64,000 nucleotides of DNA from assembly GCA_008632985.1 (NCBI GenBank), contig QPGO01000302.1, forward strand, positions 1 to 64,000, in the 5' to 3' direction. A model generated the notes under the pieces. That model was not told the DNA's origin and ran no database searches. It saw only the letters and a list, made by a program, of their open reading frames with translations. Positions 1 to 13,435 of this stretch are shown piece by piece (position 1 is the stretch's first letter; every line of letters starts with the position of its first letter). Source of the stretch: Psammoneis japonica. Lineage: Eukaryota. Both the position numbers and the translations under genes were made by a program.

Positions 1-716
1 CTCAAAATCTGTGCGAGAGTATCTTCCCGCATATTCATGAGTCTCCGTGGATCTCGTGAATACAGTGCCTCACAAATGGATGCCGCCGTACAACGGACCA
101 TTCGACATCGCTGTTGGTACTTTTTGCTTGCGTGCAATATACTTTGCCTTGCTAAACTGCGTCTTGGCTTCAAAGGTGGCGGAGTTTTCAATGAGCGCCG
201 CTACAATTTCGGACCCCTCGGCACCCGCATCTCGAAGGTTCATGACTTGTTCCTGATTCATGGATTGGGATTTGTTGTTATCTACAAGATGTCTATTGTC
301 GTTGGCTTGTTCGTTTGAAGGAGTAGCAACAACTTTACCACCATTGTCTTGCATTTCGTCGTCGTCATCGTCGCACTCTTGGCCCAATATTGCGGATGAA
401 TCCGGCAAAAGCTCTTGTCCTTCGGGTAGCGGCACGAGCTTTGTTCTTCCCAACTCCAAGACGGTTCCATAGGGCAATCCAATTAAATTTTTGGTGGGAT
501 AGGATCGCTTGTTGACTTTGACTGGCGGACTTTTCCCTTCCAACTCGAAACGCACTGTGCAAAGATTTGTCGTTCGTCGGAAAACACGAGAATGACATGA
601 TCGCCCTCTCGCGTAATGTTGCTCTCGTGAATTACTAACGGATCCGGTATTTCTTTCTCAGTGCATGCTTCCTCCTTATCAGTCATAGTCTCTGTTGTAC
701 TAGTACAGTCTGCCAT
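1..716 (-). CDS. TRM6: tRNA m1A58 methyltransferase non-catalytic subunit (Gcd10/TRM6), 5' part, continues beyond window start; two apparent frameshifts (~535, ~122)
   Basis: Joined frames give IxEGDHVIL...LIGLPYGTVLEL...DNRHLVDNNKSQSMNQEQV...LIENSATFEAKTQFSKAKYIARKQK(K)YQ...MREDTLAQIL, the Gcd10 motifs; ATG at 716. Confidence 0.85.
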
Positions 717-1067
717 GTTGCTTTCAACCAACGGAAAATCTCCGCCGTCTTTGAATGATGGTGTGTGTGTGTTGTGTTGCTTTTCTTTACAGTGTATTCG
801 TTGTCGCGTTGCATGGTTGTTGGTTGTTGAAGGCAGGAGCAGCAACGGACGGACAGACGACTCATCTCTTCTGACTTGCTCGCTTTGCTTTACTTCTCGC
901 TCATTCTCTATGTAGACTATCTCATCACTCTGGAACTCATCGCCGTCATACTTTGGAACTTGTTGCATTATTTGCTTGCCTTATTTGCGGCTTTATTGTC
1001 TGCTAGATATCTGGAACTGTAGAGGACACTGTATATCATTGAGAATTCCCGTGTACAAATATTCGCC

Positions 1068-1805
1068 ATGACTACTGATTCATCGGCATCTGCTTCAAGT
1101 ACTGCTGCCGACAATAATGAGCAAAAAAGCAGCGCCGACAAGCAACAGTGTGACAAGTGGGTGGACTCTGGCTTGACTCGAAACATGACGGTCCAATTTT
1201 TGCTTCAAAATCTCGTCGACATGGGCTGTAAACCTCCTCCTGGTTTTATCCGCTGCATGGATTGTGGAGATCGCAAGGCTGGCGGTGGCTTTGGAATGGT
1301 GGAAGAAGTCTCCATCGTGCCGGACGAATCCACAAAACGCCGCGCCGCCATTCCACAATGTCAACGAAGCGTCAAAGATTTGCAAGATCAATTGCAAGCA
1401 CAAGCCGACGGCAAGGTCCAATTGAAATTGTCACCCGAAATATTTCTTTGTCAACAACACATGCGCAACGAAACACACACTCATCAATCCATGGTACACG
1501 AACTCATTCATGCCATTGACATGTGCCGGACCAAGATGGATCCGTTGCACAATTGCATTCACATGGCGTGTACGGAAATTCGAGCGGAAAATTTGAGTGG
1601 CGAATGCGGTATGCTACAAGAACTAAAGGCGGGACGAGTGGAGGGTTCGATAGTCAAGCACGGACAGCAGTGTGTCAAGCGACGTGCGGCACTGTCGCTA
1701 AAGGCCAATCCCAATTGTGCGGCAAAAGCACACGACTATGTGGATGCTGCGTTTGAACGATGCTTTAAAGATACCTTTCCTTTTGATAGACATCCGAGCT
1801 CATAG
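1068..1805 (+). CDS. ATP23: Mitochondrial inner membrane metalloprotease ATP23 (peptidase M76)
   Basis: HELIHAID zinc motif, HMACTEIRAENLSGEC, CVKRRA, CFKDTFPF. Confidence 0.93.
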   Translation: MTTDSSASASSTAADNNEQKSSADKQQCDKWVDSGLTRNMTVQFLLQNLVDMGCKPPPGFIRCMDCGDRKAGGGFGMVEEVSIVPDESTKRRAAIPQCQRSVKDLQDQLQAQADGKVQLKLSPEIFLCQQHMRNETHTHQSMVHELIHAIDMCRTKMDPLHNCIHMACTEIRAENLSGECGMLQELKAGRVEGSIVKHGQQCVKRRAALSLKANPNCAAKAHDYVDAAFERCFKDTFPFDRHPSS

Positions 1806-1907
1806 CAGCATTATAAAGAAGATTTAGAAAGAGACGGCCAAAGTAGAAAAGCAACTACGATAGATCATTACAGAGTTCACAAACACAGCTATTATTATAT
1901 TTTGCGT

Positions 1908-2619
<712 letters not shown>

Positions 2620-3162
2620 GATTGTATGAGTTTGTTGCGTTCAAAGAAACGTCTGTATGGCAATTACAAAAAACAAAGAGATGTGTGAGAGGATATGAGT
2701 CGGAGTGTGCAAAAAGAGTACGCCATGTCGGTCTTTCGCCATGCTTTTTCTCTCCACAACCAATCCAGCGCTGCCAACAAGGACTATACCACAACATGTT
2801 TCGAGACGATCTTTGCCATGGTGACAGCCGCCGCCGCTTTCAGCAAGTTACAATCCACGTACCGATAACAACAAACAATCAACACTCGCACAACAGTCGC
2901 AACGATGGCGGCAGCGCGGTGTGTTTCTCCGCCGTCCGACCTGTACGTAGAATTTGTACTGAAATGTACGTGTAGTGGGTAGAGCGACTTACCGGCTTAC
3001 TAACACTTTATCCGTTTGGAAGTGTCTAATGTAAAACTCAATGTCCGACCGAAACTGAGATGTGATCTTTTTCGTCTGTCTCACATACTTTTTCTCGCCA
3101 TGACGAGAACAAAAAGCAGATCGCGACGCCTAAAAGTTTACCTGTAATCACCAAAAAACATA

Positions 3163-4298
3163 ATGAGTAGTACTACAGCAAGACAATCCTTGCTCACTGC
3201 ACGTACTGGATCGTTGCGGTTTTCTTCCCGGTCTACCGAAGCACCGGTGTTGGAACGACCACCCATTGTATTGGAATACAACGCGTCGGTGGTTCGGATT
3301 GGCTTGGCGGAAAACTTCAAGCCACACTTTGTGGAACCACTCAAGAATAGCAATAACCATAATGATATCCAGAAATCCCAACAACAATGGTACGCCGAAT
3401 TGGCACCCGTCATTTCCAAGTTATGGGACCGACTCTTTTTGGCGTCGTCATCGTCGCCTCGACGAGTTCTTGTCGTGACTGTATATGTCATGCCGCAAAC
3501 TTGGACGACCGCCATGACAAACATGCTTACAAGTCTTGGAGCAATTGTTGGCGTCTCGTTTGTTTCACTCTTGGAAATCATTCATTATGGTATTGGTTGG
3601 AAACGTGGTATACTGGTCCATGTCGGACGACAAGAGATACATGTCGTGGCTCATGTCGACGGACGAGCGCTGGACGATACGTTGCAAAGTAAGAGTTACA
3701 GCATTGCATTGTTGTTTTTTGTGTATTCGAGATGAACATTTGTACAAAACGCTGATACTTGCGTGTATTGTATCCATGTCTAGTTGTGCCCTGTGGATAC
3801 GAGCGAGTCGTCGTCATGAATGACAAGGAGACGACGGCGGTTTGGAAGGACGACACGATGGATTGGCATTGGCTCGATGAGACCCACAATCCACACAGTC
3901 TGCTATTTGCACTCTTGAAAACAATCGAGGCTATTCCATTGGATGCCAAACGAGATGCGGTTTCCAATATAGTCATCACGAGTGAAGTAGCATTGGTACA
4001 AGTGCTGACGCAATTGGAAAAGCGTCTTGGGCAACGACTTGTGGCCGTCCTGAAACAAGACAAACTACCGCCATTGTCGTCCACCATGAGGACAGATGTG
4101 GTAACAGAACAAGAAAGCACAACAACTAGAACACCAACACAGTACAAGACCATGTCGTCATTGGCACCGCACGTTTCCATTGTTTCGACAAGACCGAATC
4201 GACCCGACATGGTTTCATGGATGGCAGCCAGTGTGTGGGCAACGGTGATGCACCGGCAATCCGGCTTTCCAAAAGTGGACACGAGGCCTATTGTGTAG
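3163..4298 (+). CDS. Divergent actin-related protein (ARP10-like); intron ~3689-3783
   Basis: IVLEYNASVVRIGLA resembles the actin phosphate-1 loop; GILVHVG, IEAIPLDAKRDAVSNIVIT and SWMAASVW resemble actin motifs; GTAAG...TAG intron joins the two ORFs in frame. Confidence 0.6.
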
Positions 4299-4935
4299 TA
4301 TTGCTCTTGATTATAAATACGGAGCGGCTATTACAACGAAACGGTTTAAGAAAAGTTTCGACTGAACCATAAGATTTCAGACAGAGATGAGAAAGAGATG
4401 AGGTCTTACTTGTATGGTTTCAAATTAACAACAACAGCTACTACTGTTGCTACGTTTGAATGGTCATCATTGCTTTCTGTTGATCCTCTTCTCGAAATAA
4501 TTCATTACAGCTATATAGCAATAAAGTTCATTGACACTTGCCGCTCGTCGTGTAAATGCTCACGGATTGTCGGGGTTTGGTGTCACGGGTGTGTCGGGTG
4601 CTCTGGAGACACTGGGGCTCAAAGGAGGAATTAGTCGGTCTACCGTAGAGGATTACATGCCAACAAATTGGCCAATGCTTTTCAAATCTGAATGTCTTTT
4701 CGCGCTTTGGAAAGCTAAAACTCGCATAGTCGGCAACCCACTTGTAGTCATCGGCATCACGACTCGTAGTACAACCCACAGAGCGATGTATCAATGTCGG
4801 AGCTAGCTAGCACAAGAGGATAACGGGTTGGCATGAGCTATGCTTAGTTCAAAGTAGACTTACATTGTTATGTACGGTACAACATTCTACGAGTAATGAC
4901 TGTGCGCTAATCAGTATCAAACCCCGCGAGGTCCT

Positions 4936-5943
4936 TTAGCTGGTGCTGTGACAGGCGGTCCTTGCCATTAACTTATGAGAAGCGAGCAGAGCAACTGGGA
5001 CAAGATCAGGGTCGTAATCATTCTCACACACATCGGAAATGGTAACATCTTTACTGGGACTGACAATGCCCGTTCGGCTGGGCCATACATATTTCACGAT
5101 TGTATACAAGAGACCCGCTACGTAAATTCCCACTGGAACGAAACGCCGTGGCGATGCATGTCGCCCCATCCTCATCCGTAGAATGCCCATTCTGGCCGGA
5201 GACCAAACGGCAACCAATAGCGGGATTATGATCCAGTAACGTTTCGACATGGGCTTGATCTTCAACGCAACCGCGACCATTCCGGTCAGAGTGCCAAGAG
5301 CGACAAAAATGGATGTCAAGAACAAGTAAGGCAGACGGTTCTCTTCTCGAGCCTTTTGTATGGTCCACGGCCACAGGGGCAAAATAAGGATCAAGGACAC
5401 AGCCAAATATCGTCGATGCTTGATCATCTCTTTTCTGATCCTATTTGTCTCGATCTTGGCATGACTTATCTCGACTCCTGACTTTGGATAGCCCGGAAGA
5501 ACAGCCAAGTTGACAGATTCGATGGCCCCAGCCTTCGGTTCGTAAGTTCTCGTGGTGGTGGTTTCTTTTGTAATCTCCTTGATGCCCACACAATTCTCTT
5601 TCAACCTGTATCGAAGCTGCCCCTCTATTTGAAACAAGCCATCTTGATTAGTGCTGTTGCCGGAGAACACAATCTTTCCATTGACCGGGACGCCGCGTTT
5701 CAGAAGATCATCATACTGGCACAGCTCCGTATTCCTTAACCACAAGTGAATCGAATTGGAGAATCCTACCACAGAGCAACAGACTACCAAACTCATTGCC
5801 ACGACAAAGGCGCTGACGTGCTCTCTGCTCTGTACAAGGCTAAATGCGGAGTAGACCTGGTAGACGAGGAAGATTCCACTCAGTAACTTCTTGCTCTTTG
5901 CGGAATTCATTGCCACGTAGAAGTATTTTTCTTGTCTCTGCAC
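4936..5943 (-). CDS. Hypothetical multi-pass membrane protein
   Basis: 335-codon ORF with several hydrophobic segments and normal TpA content; no recognised motif; start uncertain. Confidence 0.55.
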   Translation of the reverse strand: MQRQEKYFYVAMNSAKSKKLLSGIFLVYQVYSAFSLVQSREHVSAFVVAMSLVVCCSVVGFSNSIHLWLRNTELCQYDDLLKRGVPVNGKIVFSGNSTNQDGLFQIEGQLRYRLKENCVGIKEITKETTTTRTYEPKAGAIESVNLAVLPGYPKSGVEISHAKIETNRIRKEMIKHRRYLAVSLILILPLWPWTIQKAREENRLPYLFLTSIFVALGTLTGMVAVALKIKPMSKRYWIIIPLLVAVWSPARMGILRMRMGRHASPRRFVPVGIYVAGLLYTIVKYVWPSRTGIVSPSKDVTISDVCENDYDPDLVPVALLASHKLMARTACHSTS

Positions 5944-6009
5944 GTTATTGACGATGGTAAAGCAATGTTCGGTTCATACGAGCATTCGACGAAGTTGCGA
6001 TAAAATAAT

Positions 6010-7030
6010 GAGAACTGAAAACGCGGGACTGTTCCTCAAAAAATGATGTCATTGCACATCGAAGAATCATCAAGAATCAATCATCACACATCGCACTTTT
6101 CTACTGCATCCTCGACTCGTGCTCCGTGGGACTGACTTCGTCACGGGACTCACGACTGAAAAAACTTGCCTCCGACACTGTCTCCGTTTGTGAGGCCCCA
6201 ACTTCATAATGTGTTCACCATGGCCAACTAATGCACACTTCTCTTTCATTATTTTCACTTTCACCATGTTTTTCATTTCTAACTGAGTCCACTTCTGCAT
6301 GTTCAACAATCCATCTGTTTTTTGTTTGCTTTTTGCCACTCTGCTCTGCACTGTCCTCCCCGCTCCAAATGGCGTTGCTCTTCCAAAATGAATGCTTTCC
6401 TTCAAATGGCTTCTTTTCATCAGTCATGCTTGGCACTGCAACTGGTTGCACTGGTGTGTCACTCTCATTCTTTGCACTTGCACCAGCTCCAACTTGAACA
6501 TGTGCCTCGCTCACAACATTCTCTCGTCGTCAGCTTCGTCTGCAGTCGGCACCCAACGTGCTTGCTGTCCTTTTTTCAATTTGCAGAGCCACACATTTCA
6601 ACTTCCATTCTGACAACACAACTTCTCCTGGACAATGCCTTGCCCTTGCTTTCAGTGTCTCAATGTTCAACTCTCCAATTTTTGCAGCTTCAGCGGCTTT
6701 GCCACTCGACTCTGTGTTGTCATTGGCGCACTTGTGGAATCCTTTTCTGCATTCAAAGAAGTTTCTCCAATGGTCAATGTGAACAATTTCATTGGCACCT
6801 TGCACATGTGCCCTCTCTTTTCTTTTGATTTGTTTGTGTTCAAAGTTTTGTCATTTGGTGGCTCTTCTTTGCTTTCCACTGGCTTGATTTTTTTGGCGCC
6901 ACTTCCCAGCTTTGTTTTGCAGCTTGTTCTTTCAAGCTCATGCTCTCCCACAGGATCAGACTCACTCAAGTTCACATTGCATTGAGTCATTTGCACATCA
7001 TCCACCTCTCCTTTAGTGGATGATGCTCAT
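6010..7030. repeat. Degenerate TpA-depleted repeat of unknown class
   Basis: Almost no TA over ~1 kb, TG/CA-rich; weak internal duplication (TVQSRVAK / TTQSRVAK on the - strand). Confidence 0.55.
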
Positions 7031-7945
7031 GTCAGAGTGCCTGGTCAGCACGTGCCATGAAACAAGTTTGTGTTGACACAATGAGTCGCAGCGACAAACT
7101 TGCCAAAAGTCCCAAGGGGCTTGGGTGCATCCTTGGGCAGCATCTCTTCTGCATTGCCACACACCGTGTGTGCCCATTGATGCACTGGCTTGGGAAGGTC
7201 TGGAATGGACAATGTCAATTGGGTCGTTGGTGAGATGTCCATCGGCCGCTGGTCATGCCCGCCTTGTGTCAACTGTTGACCGTCACCATGTTGCACAGCA
7301 CACACGAGGTGCACTCGAATCTTCTTGCATCCCATTGGGGGTGTTGATTCCTTGTGGTGTCCACACTTCCAGAGTGAAAAAAGATGTCACACTCTCAAAG
7401 CTGGGTTGTCTTGAGATGGGTTGCATGTCCCCATTTGTGGTTGCCGCTGTGCTCGTCAAGGGTCATGGCATGCTTGCAGCCCCACGGAACTTCACACCCA
7501 TGCTTCTTGCAACAAAGTGCACAATGTGGAAGGAGCAAAGATCAGCCTGGCTTTTCTGGAAACAGTGCAAAAATGCTTCCAGCCTTTGGCCATTCTCACG
7601 TGCACAGACAGTGCAAGTGATGGGGACAGCCAATTGGAGTCATCAAGGTGGTGGCAAATGGGGCCCCACCACTGAAAGCAAAGGAGGAGGCCAATGTCCG
7701 GGGTGGAGCCACTCAGAACTTTGGTTAGAGTGCCTTNAATGGTCCTTTGTATGATGTGGTGCATTGTCTTTGTTGTCTTGCTCTGTGTGATGGATGATCC
7801 CATTGCAGGCAAGGACTTCTTTGCATTTGTCATTGTTGACCAAGCAAATAAACTTGGTGAGTTTGGGGTTGCCACCAATCTCCCAGTCGTGGTCCTCAAC
7901 AACTGCCTTGACAATGCGGGCTCTTCAGCAACGGCCCACTTGGAC
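7030..7945 (-). mobile_element. Scrambled Ty1/Copia (CoDi-type) pol fragments
   Basis: LPKDAPKPLGTFGKFVAATHCVNTNLFH, TPDIGLLLCFQWWGPICHHLDD and VNNDKCKEVLACNGIIHH are homologous to the Copia pol at 32.6-35.2 kb in this window; pieces are deleted and out of order. Confidence 0.85.
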
Positions 7946-8022
7946 AGCAATCAGCAAGACATAAAAATAAATGCCGATAGCTACAATAGCAGCGCGCTCA
8001 CGGGATGATGCTGAAAACATAG

Positions 8023-10222
8023 ATGAGCAATGAAACAAGCATGGGCAAAATCTACAAGAAGCGTTTTCGCCCCGACTTGTCAGAGTCTCACGCCTTTCTG
8101 GATGTAGCTGCTTCCATATCAGTGTCGACCTTTGGTGCAAGGCGTTTGCCGGAAATCAAAGGATTATGTGCTGCAGCAAAAGAGCAGCAGCAGCGGCAGC
8201 ACAAGCGTGTCACAGACGAGGAATTCAAGAGTCGAGGCGGAAAATCCAACAGTAGGCACTTGAGACGACGTGCTACGAGTTACTTATCTCGCAGGAGGCA
8301 TCGATATCCAAGAGCTACCAAACAGAAAGCGCAAAGCGGAAAAAGTACAAAGCCTTCGTCTCGTCGGTCTCGTCGAAAGAGAGCAGCGCTTAGTCGCAAA
8401 CAGGACGAAGTAGGGAACCAGACTACACACTTTCCGGTTCGTTGGCTACCCACTCACTTGTGGCATGCCAAGCGATTTTATATGAAAACCCTATGGGGAT
8501 GGAAAGTACCAGTCGCCCACACCAACCGCGGACCACGCGCCGCATTGCGCCTGGCTCATGAGCAAGCCTTGCTTCAGGACGTTACCTGGATGACACAAAC
8601 TGTCATAGTTTCGTCTTTACAACTCGAACCGCTTTTGGTGTCTTTGCATAAGATATGTCCAAGTCTTTTGCCTGCAGCTGCACCCGGTTCGGTGTTGTCT
8701 GGCAATACTATTGGGGAAGGAGTTGTGCACGAACCGGGTCAGTTTCCTCTTGGCGCAATTGGGCCAGCTTCTTGGTGGATCACAGCTACTAGCACCCAGA
8801 GCGAAAAGACGAAATGGACTGTATGCTTTTGGACTCACCCGTCGATCGTTTCGCAGCTGAGAAAGGCAATAGATGCGGTATCATCAGAAGTTGAAGTTTC
8901 TCCGCGACAGGCTTTGGCAAGATTTCAAATCCGTGGTTCAAATGCGACTAGTGCGCTATCAAGCGCGCTGTTACCAATCGCTGAAGATAGCGTGGCGTTA
9001 GACAGGTACAGCTATAATTGGGATATTCTGGAACGGGATTCGATGCATGATCAGTTGGTTCACGGGACGGTTCTGCATGTGAAAACCAATGTTGGGTCCA
9101 ATATTTGCAACGGATCGCAACAAGCTGAGCGTGGAGGTTATGTTGAAGAAACGAGAAAGAGGATTGCTGCTTTCAATCCCAAACTGAATGTGCCTCACGA
9201 CTGGTGCCTGGATTCAAACAAGTTCGTGTTGGTGCGCGTAGTCCTTGTGACAATGCATCACAAAACGCCGGTGTAGTCGGTTGGGACATTATTTGCCGGC
9301 CTGCGGTTGCAAACGAGTTGTTTTCCGCATTAATAGATCGCGGAGGAGCAACAGTCATTGGACTTGTAGATGAACTTGCTTCGAGAATGGCGAGCGAGCC
9401 ACCGTTACCCGTTTTTCCTCGCGACTATCCCGACTCTGACGAGGGAAGACGATATTGGACTGACGAGTGCCAAGACTGGAAGACGGTACGCCAATGCCTT
9501 GAAAATGAACAAGGGAGTAAATCAACTAGGGTTGCACCATGCACGAGTGCAGAAGAGACGTCCTCGGAAGAGTCCGGTGGAGCTTTGTGCCTAACTTTAC
9601 TGTTTACCAAGATAACCAAAGATCCGTTGAAGAGTGGCGACCACCAATCGTGGTTGTACGTGGAGAATTTGGAACGCCATTTCATAACGCTTTCTTGAGT
9701 AGAGCTCGGAGCCTCACGGATAAGAGTGTCGCCGCTGTCATACCCCAAAGCACACGCAGACCACGTCGGCCTGTCCGAGCCCACAATCAAAACGTGGAGA
9801 CTGCCCCCTTGGCCAAGCACGATGCTAGAGAGCATTGCGAAATGTGCAAGGCACTCCTGTCATCCTTATCGTTGCCCGCGTTCATCAGGTGCCATATTCT
9901 TGCAAACGACCGAGGAACAATATCACCGGGGCATTACATATATGGACAGCCTTCCACCGTCAATGATGACACGAAGGCATTTTTACTGGGTGTGACTGTT
10001 GGAGGCGCTTTCTCCACTGCGTACGGACGTGGTCATGGAGTCGGGTTTGTTGAAGCCGCAAAGCTCTTGCGATTCTTTTGCGAAGATGGACGAAACGGGG
10101 CTACCGTGATTAATACCCTGTCTAGTGGAAAGCGCCGCGTCGAGCTAAATGTTTTGCTAGACCGAAATGGAGTGGCCGACGAATCTCGAGAACTGGCAGC
10201 GACCATAGCACTGCTTCTGTGA
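8023..10222 (+). CDS. POP1: RNase P/MRP subunit POP1; two apparent frameshifts (~9210, ~9590)
   Basis: RHLRRRATS, WLPTHLWHAKRFYMKTLWGWKVP, GWDII and FPRDYPD are POP1/POPLD motifs, spread over ORFs 8023-9276, 9204-9698 and 9539-10222. Confidence 0.9.
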
Positions 10223-10358
10223 ATACTACCAGTAACGGTACTAATTTTGGTATCTTGTTTGATAATTAGCCCTTTCGATTGTTTTTTTTTCTGCACGTCG
10301 AGAACAGAAAGTGGAAAGTGGAGCATCTCCAGGTGTATGAATGGCTATGATTGAGCTT

Positions 10359-11237
10359 CTACGAGATAACACTGAACTGTTCTCCAACTTTTGGAACAAT
10401 AGCACGGTTTACAACCGTGAAATATGAATTCCATGAGTCTCTTCCGAACTCCCAAGCAGCAACCGCTCGTTTTGCGTCTTGAGCTTCAAGCGCTGCTCGG
10501 ATTTCGTTCAAAGCAAAGGAAGCTTCATTCACGTAGAATCTCGCAACCGACAGTTCGCGGGGTGGTCCACTATAATTTGGGGAGGTCAAAAGAGCTGTGG
10601 CTAGCAACACTGCTTTCAAAAGAGCATCCTCTGATGGACAAGGTAGACCAGATGGAAGATCTGATACGAGCGAAACAGCTTTTTCATTCTCCCATGGTTT
10701 ACTGTCGGTCGTCAGCACTCGTCCTAGTTCTTCAAATTCGTCTCTCCCCAATTGAATGTTAAATGCGTACTTTGAATAAGCTGGAATCTTTTGTTTGAGT
10801 GAAACATACGTGCAAGAATTACCCCCGGATTCCGATGTTTCACAAGCTCCCCAGGTGTTCCATTTAGGATCATCGAAAGACCGACCAAGGGCTGTTTCTA
10901 GCTTTCTTGGCGGTGTTTTCCCACTCATGTACCAGTAGTCCTCTCGTATTATGGCTTGCTTGTTACCGTTCCGATTTCGATTTTCGTACTTGTATGAGTC
11001 GGCAACTTCTTCCTCGGCGGCATTGACTATCAGCACTGTTTCAAAGGTCGTGATCGAGCTAGCTGCCCAAGCAAAGGCTTGACGACGACTCACGATGGAA
11101 GGATTCAAACCACCACAATGAAGCAGAAAGAGGGATGAAGTGACCAACTTTGCCAGAATGGTAGCATTGTTTCTTCCTCTCTGATGTGTTGTGATTAGCC
11201 AATACGGAACCATTCTCCATTCTTGATCTCTGTTCAC
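10359..11237 (-). CDS. Hypothetical protein, possibly plastid/thylakoid-lumen targeted
   Basis: 292-aa ORF; hydrophobic N-terminal stretch followed by a twin-arginine-like SRRQAFAWAASS; start uncertain. Confidence 0.65.
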   Translation of the reverse strand: MNRDQEWRMVPYWLITTHQRGRNNATILAKLVTSSLFLLHCGGLNPSIVSRRQAFAWAASSITTFETVLIVNAAEEEVADSYKYENRNRNGNKQAIIREDYWYMSGKTPPRKLETALGRSFDDPKWNTWGACETSESGGNSCTYVSLKQKIPAYSKYAFNIQLGRDEFEELGRVLTTDSKPWENEKAVSLVSDLPSGLPCPSEDALLKAVLLATALLTSPNYSGPPRELSVARFYVNEASFALNEIRAALEAQDAKRAVAAWEFGRDSWNSYFTVVNRAIVPKVGEQFSVIS

Positions 11238-11766
11238 TTTTTTCTCAGGAAAATCGAGTCAAAATCTTCGATCTTCAACAAGTCACGATTTGGTCGCGTT
11301 TTCGAAAAAAGCTTTTCCTGTTTTTTTTCGCGCTTTTTCGACGAAGACAACGAATAATCCAGCACCACCATCCACTCATGCTACTAGTGCCCTAGTAGTA
11401 GCTAGCCAGAGCGGAGTAAATAGCTAGCTAGAGCCTGCAGCAACTGGGAACAATGGGTACAGTGGCTTTCATCAACTCGAGCTTTTGTCATTCTTCTCAA
11501 AGTGCAATATCCATGCTGCATCATCTATGGCTCTTTTCCTATTGGTACGATTTCGCGAAATGATTCCGGAGCTGTTTTTCGATGCATTCTTCGCTGTGAT
11601 TAGCTTCGAGGAACAATTTGCCCATGTAAAAGACATATTCGCAGCGACCGGGGACGAATCGCCTTTACAGCTTAGCAGAAAGTATAGGATGAAAGCACTC
11701 ATAGATCTCTTTAGCGACACCCACAGGACAACATCAACTAATTGATAAGGTGATATCTAATTTTAA

Positions 11767-12961
11767 TCACTCCAAACTATCCTCTGCGATCTTCGTGATT
11801 GGCACGCTGCTTCCTGGAAGTTCATCATCCGCATCCCATGTGTAGCCATTTCCCTTTTCCCAGGCCTCTTGAAACACTTTCAGAATTTCGCTCTTGGCGT
11901 CTTCTACTGAAATGACTGGGATGCGGAACCCAACACGGAATTCATCCGTTATCAACTTGTTTCTTCTCGCTCCTTTCTGGCTAGTCACACGAATGTCCAT
12001 TCCCAAACGATCTACGTTGGTGACTTTAATTCTTTCAATCTCGGATGGAACCTCCAACAGATGAGTCGCCGTGAGAAGTAAATCATTTCCATGATCACGG
12101 TTGAGGCGTGCCACAATATCGGTCGCTTCCTTTGCTAGTATATCAGGAGCCGCCTCACGATACTCATCGACGTCAACCCATTTGGCCAACACACCGAAGC
12201 CTCCAACAAAATAAATTTTCGACGGGATTAAGCGGTAGAAATGAAATTTTGGGGAATCCATGACCTGGTCTGCGTAGGCATGGGTAATGGAGTACCGCAT
12301 GCGCAAAGCGTCCATATCCGGTGCGCTCTCATCTATTTGTTCGACGGTCCCCGTGATTGAACATCTCGAAACATCCTGCCCCTGTCCTTGTCCAAACTGA
12401 GCAAAGAGTGTCACCATGCTGCTTCCATTCGATTCCTTTCCCATCGCATTATCGCGGATATTAATCGTGTGCATACTCATTTCGTTCATCAGAAGCACCG
12501 GGTTTCCATCGTCATCTAATACGTAGTCAACAAAGGACCCAAAAGGAGCCCCACTGATTCCTTCTGCGCTCGAAACCGTACAGAGGGTTCCGGACGTGCA
12601 CACAGATGCCACTGTCCGCGCCTTTTCGTTGACGTTCAGACGAATGTTTAGCGATGGCGATCCGTCCTCGGTGGCAGCATTAGACGAGGCGCCATTTGGT
12701 GCCAAGGTAGCCGCCAGCAGTGCACGATTCGCCTTTCTAAGGGAATTGTCCAGCTCCTGTGATCCTGGAATCAACAAATCATCGCCCACATCGCGCGAAA
12801 CATAACAGTTTTAGCACATTTCCAAAAAAAAAATGGTAAAAGTGTGAACTTGCTGTTCGCCTTTACTACTTACTGTGGGCGTTACTAGTAGAAGGAACAA
12901 CGAACCCATCCAAGGACAGGGCCTTGAGAAGAATAGCAACGGCAGTAACCCATCGATTCAT
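11767..12961 (-). CDS. PNPOx-like split-barrel (HugZ / GluTR-binding protein family) protein, plastid-type presequence; intron ~12873-12766
   Basis: GTLCTVS...GAPFGSFVDY...PVLLMNEMSMHTINI, FHFYRL, YFVGGFG, RLNRDH, VDRLGMD; exon 1 MNRWVTAVAILLKALSLDGFVVP is a signal peptide. Confidence 0.8.
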
Positions 12962-13435
12962 GTTGCTGCGATGCAGTTGTTGTTGTTGTTCTTCACAAGG
13001 CGTTGGTTGTTACACCGCGGACTGGAGGTACTGTATGTAGATGAAATTTGGAATCCGTTGTTGATGTTGAGGTTGGGGCTTCTACGTGATTTGCTGTAGA
13101 CTTGTACTGAGTACATATCTGTGACGTAGAACATCATCTCTTTCCGGGTTTGTTCATAAGATTTAAGAAGCACAAGAGTCTAAAAGTGAAGTACAGTATC
13201 ATATTGAAGATGCCGACTGCTGGCTGCAGCTATACTCTTTAGGGCCCTCTACACTCTAGTAGCTAGGTAGTTGAGAGGGTAGCTCGGCGACTAGATCGAC
13301 GACAAACAACATACTCGTACAGTACACAACTTTAGCAAAGATGCAGTTACAGTAAAGCGAGAGAAACGCACAACTTCAAAGCAGATGAACGTCTCTAGAT
13401 AGCTAGCAGTTTTGGAAAATGGATGTTCTCTCGAG

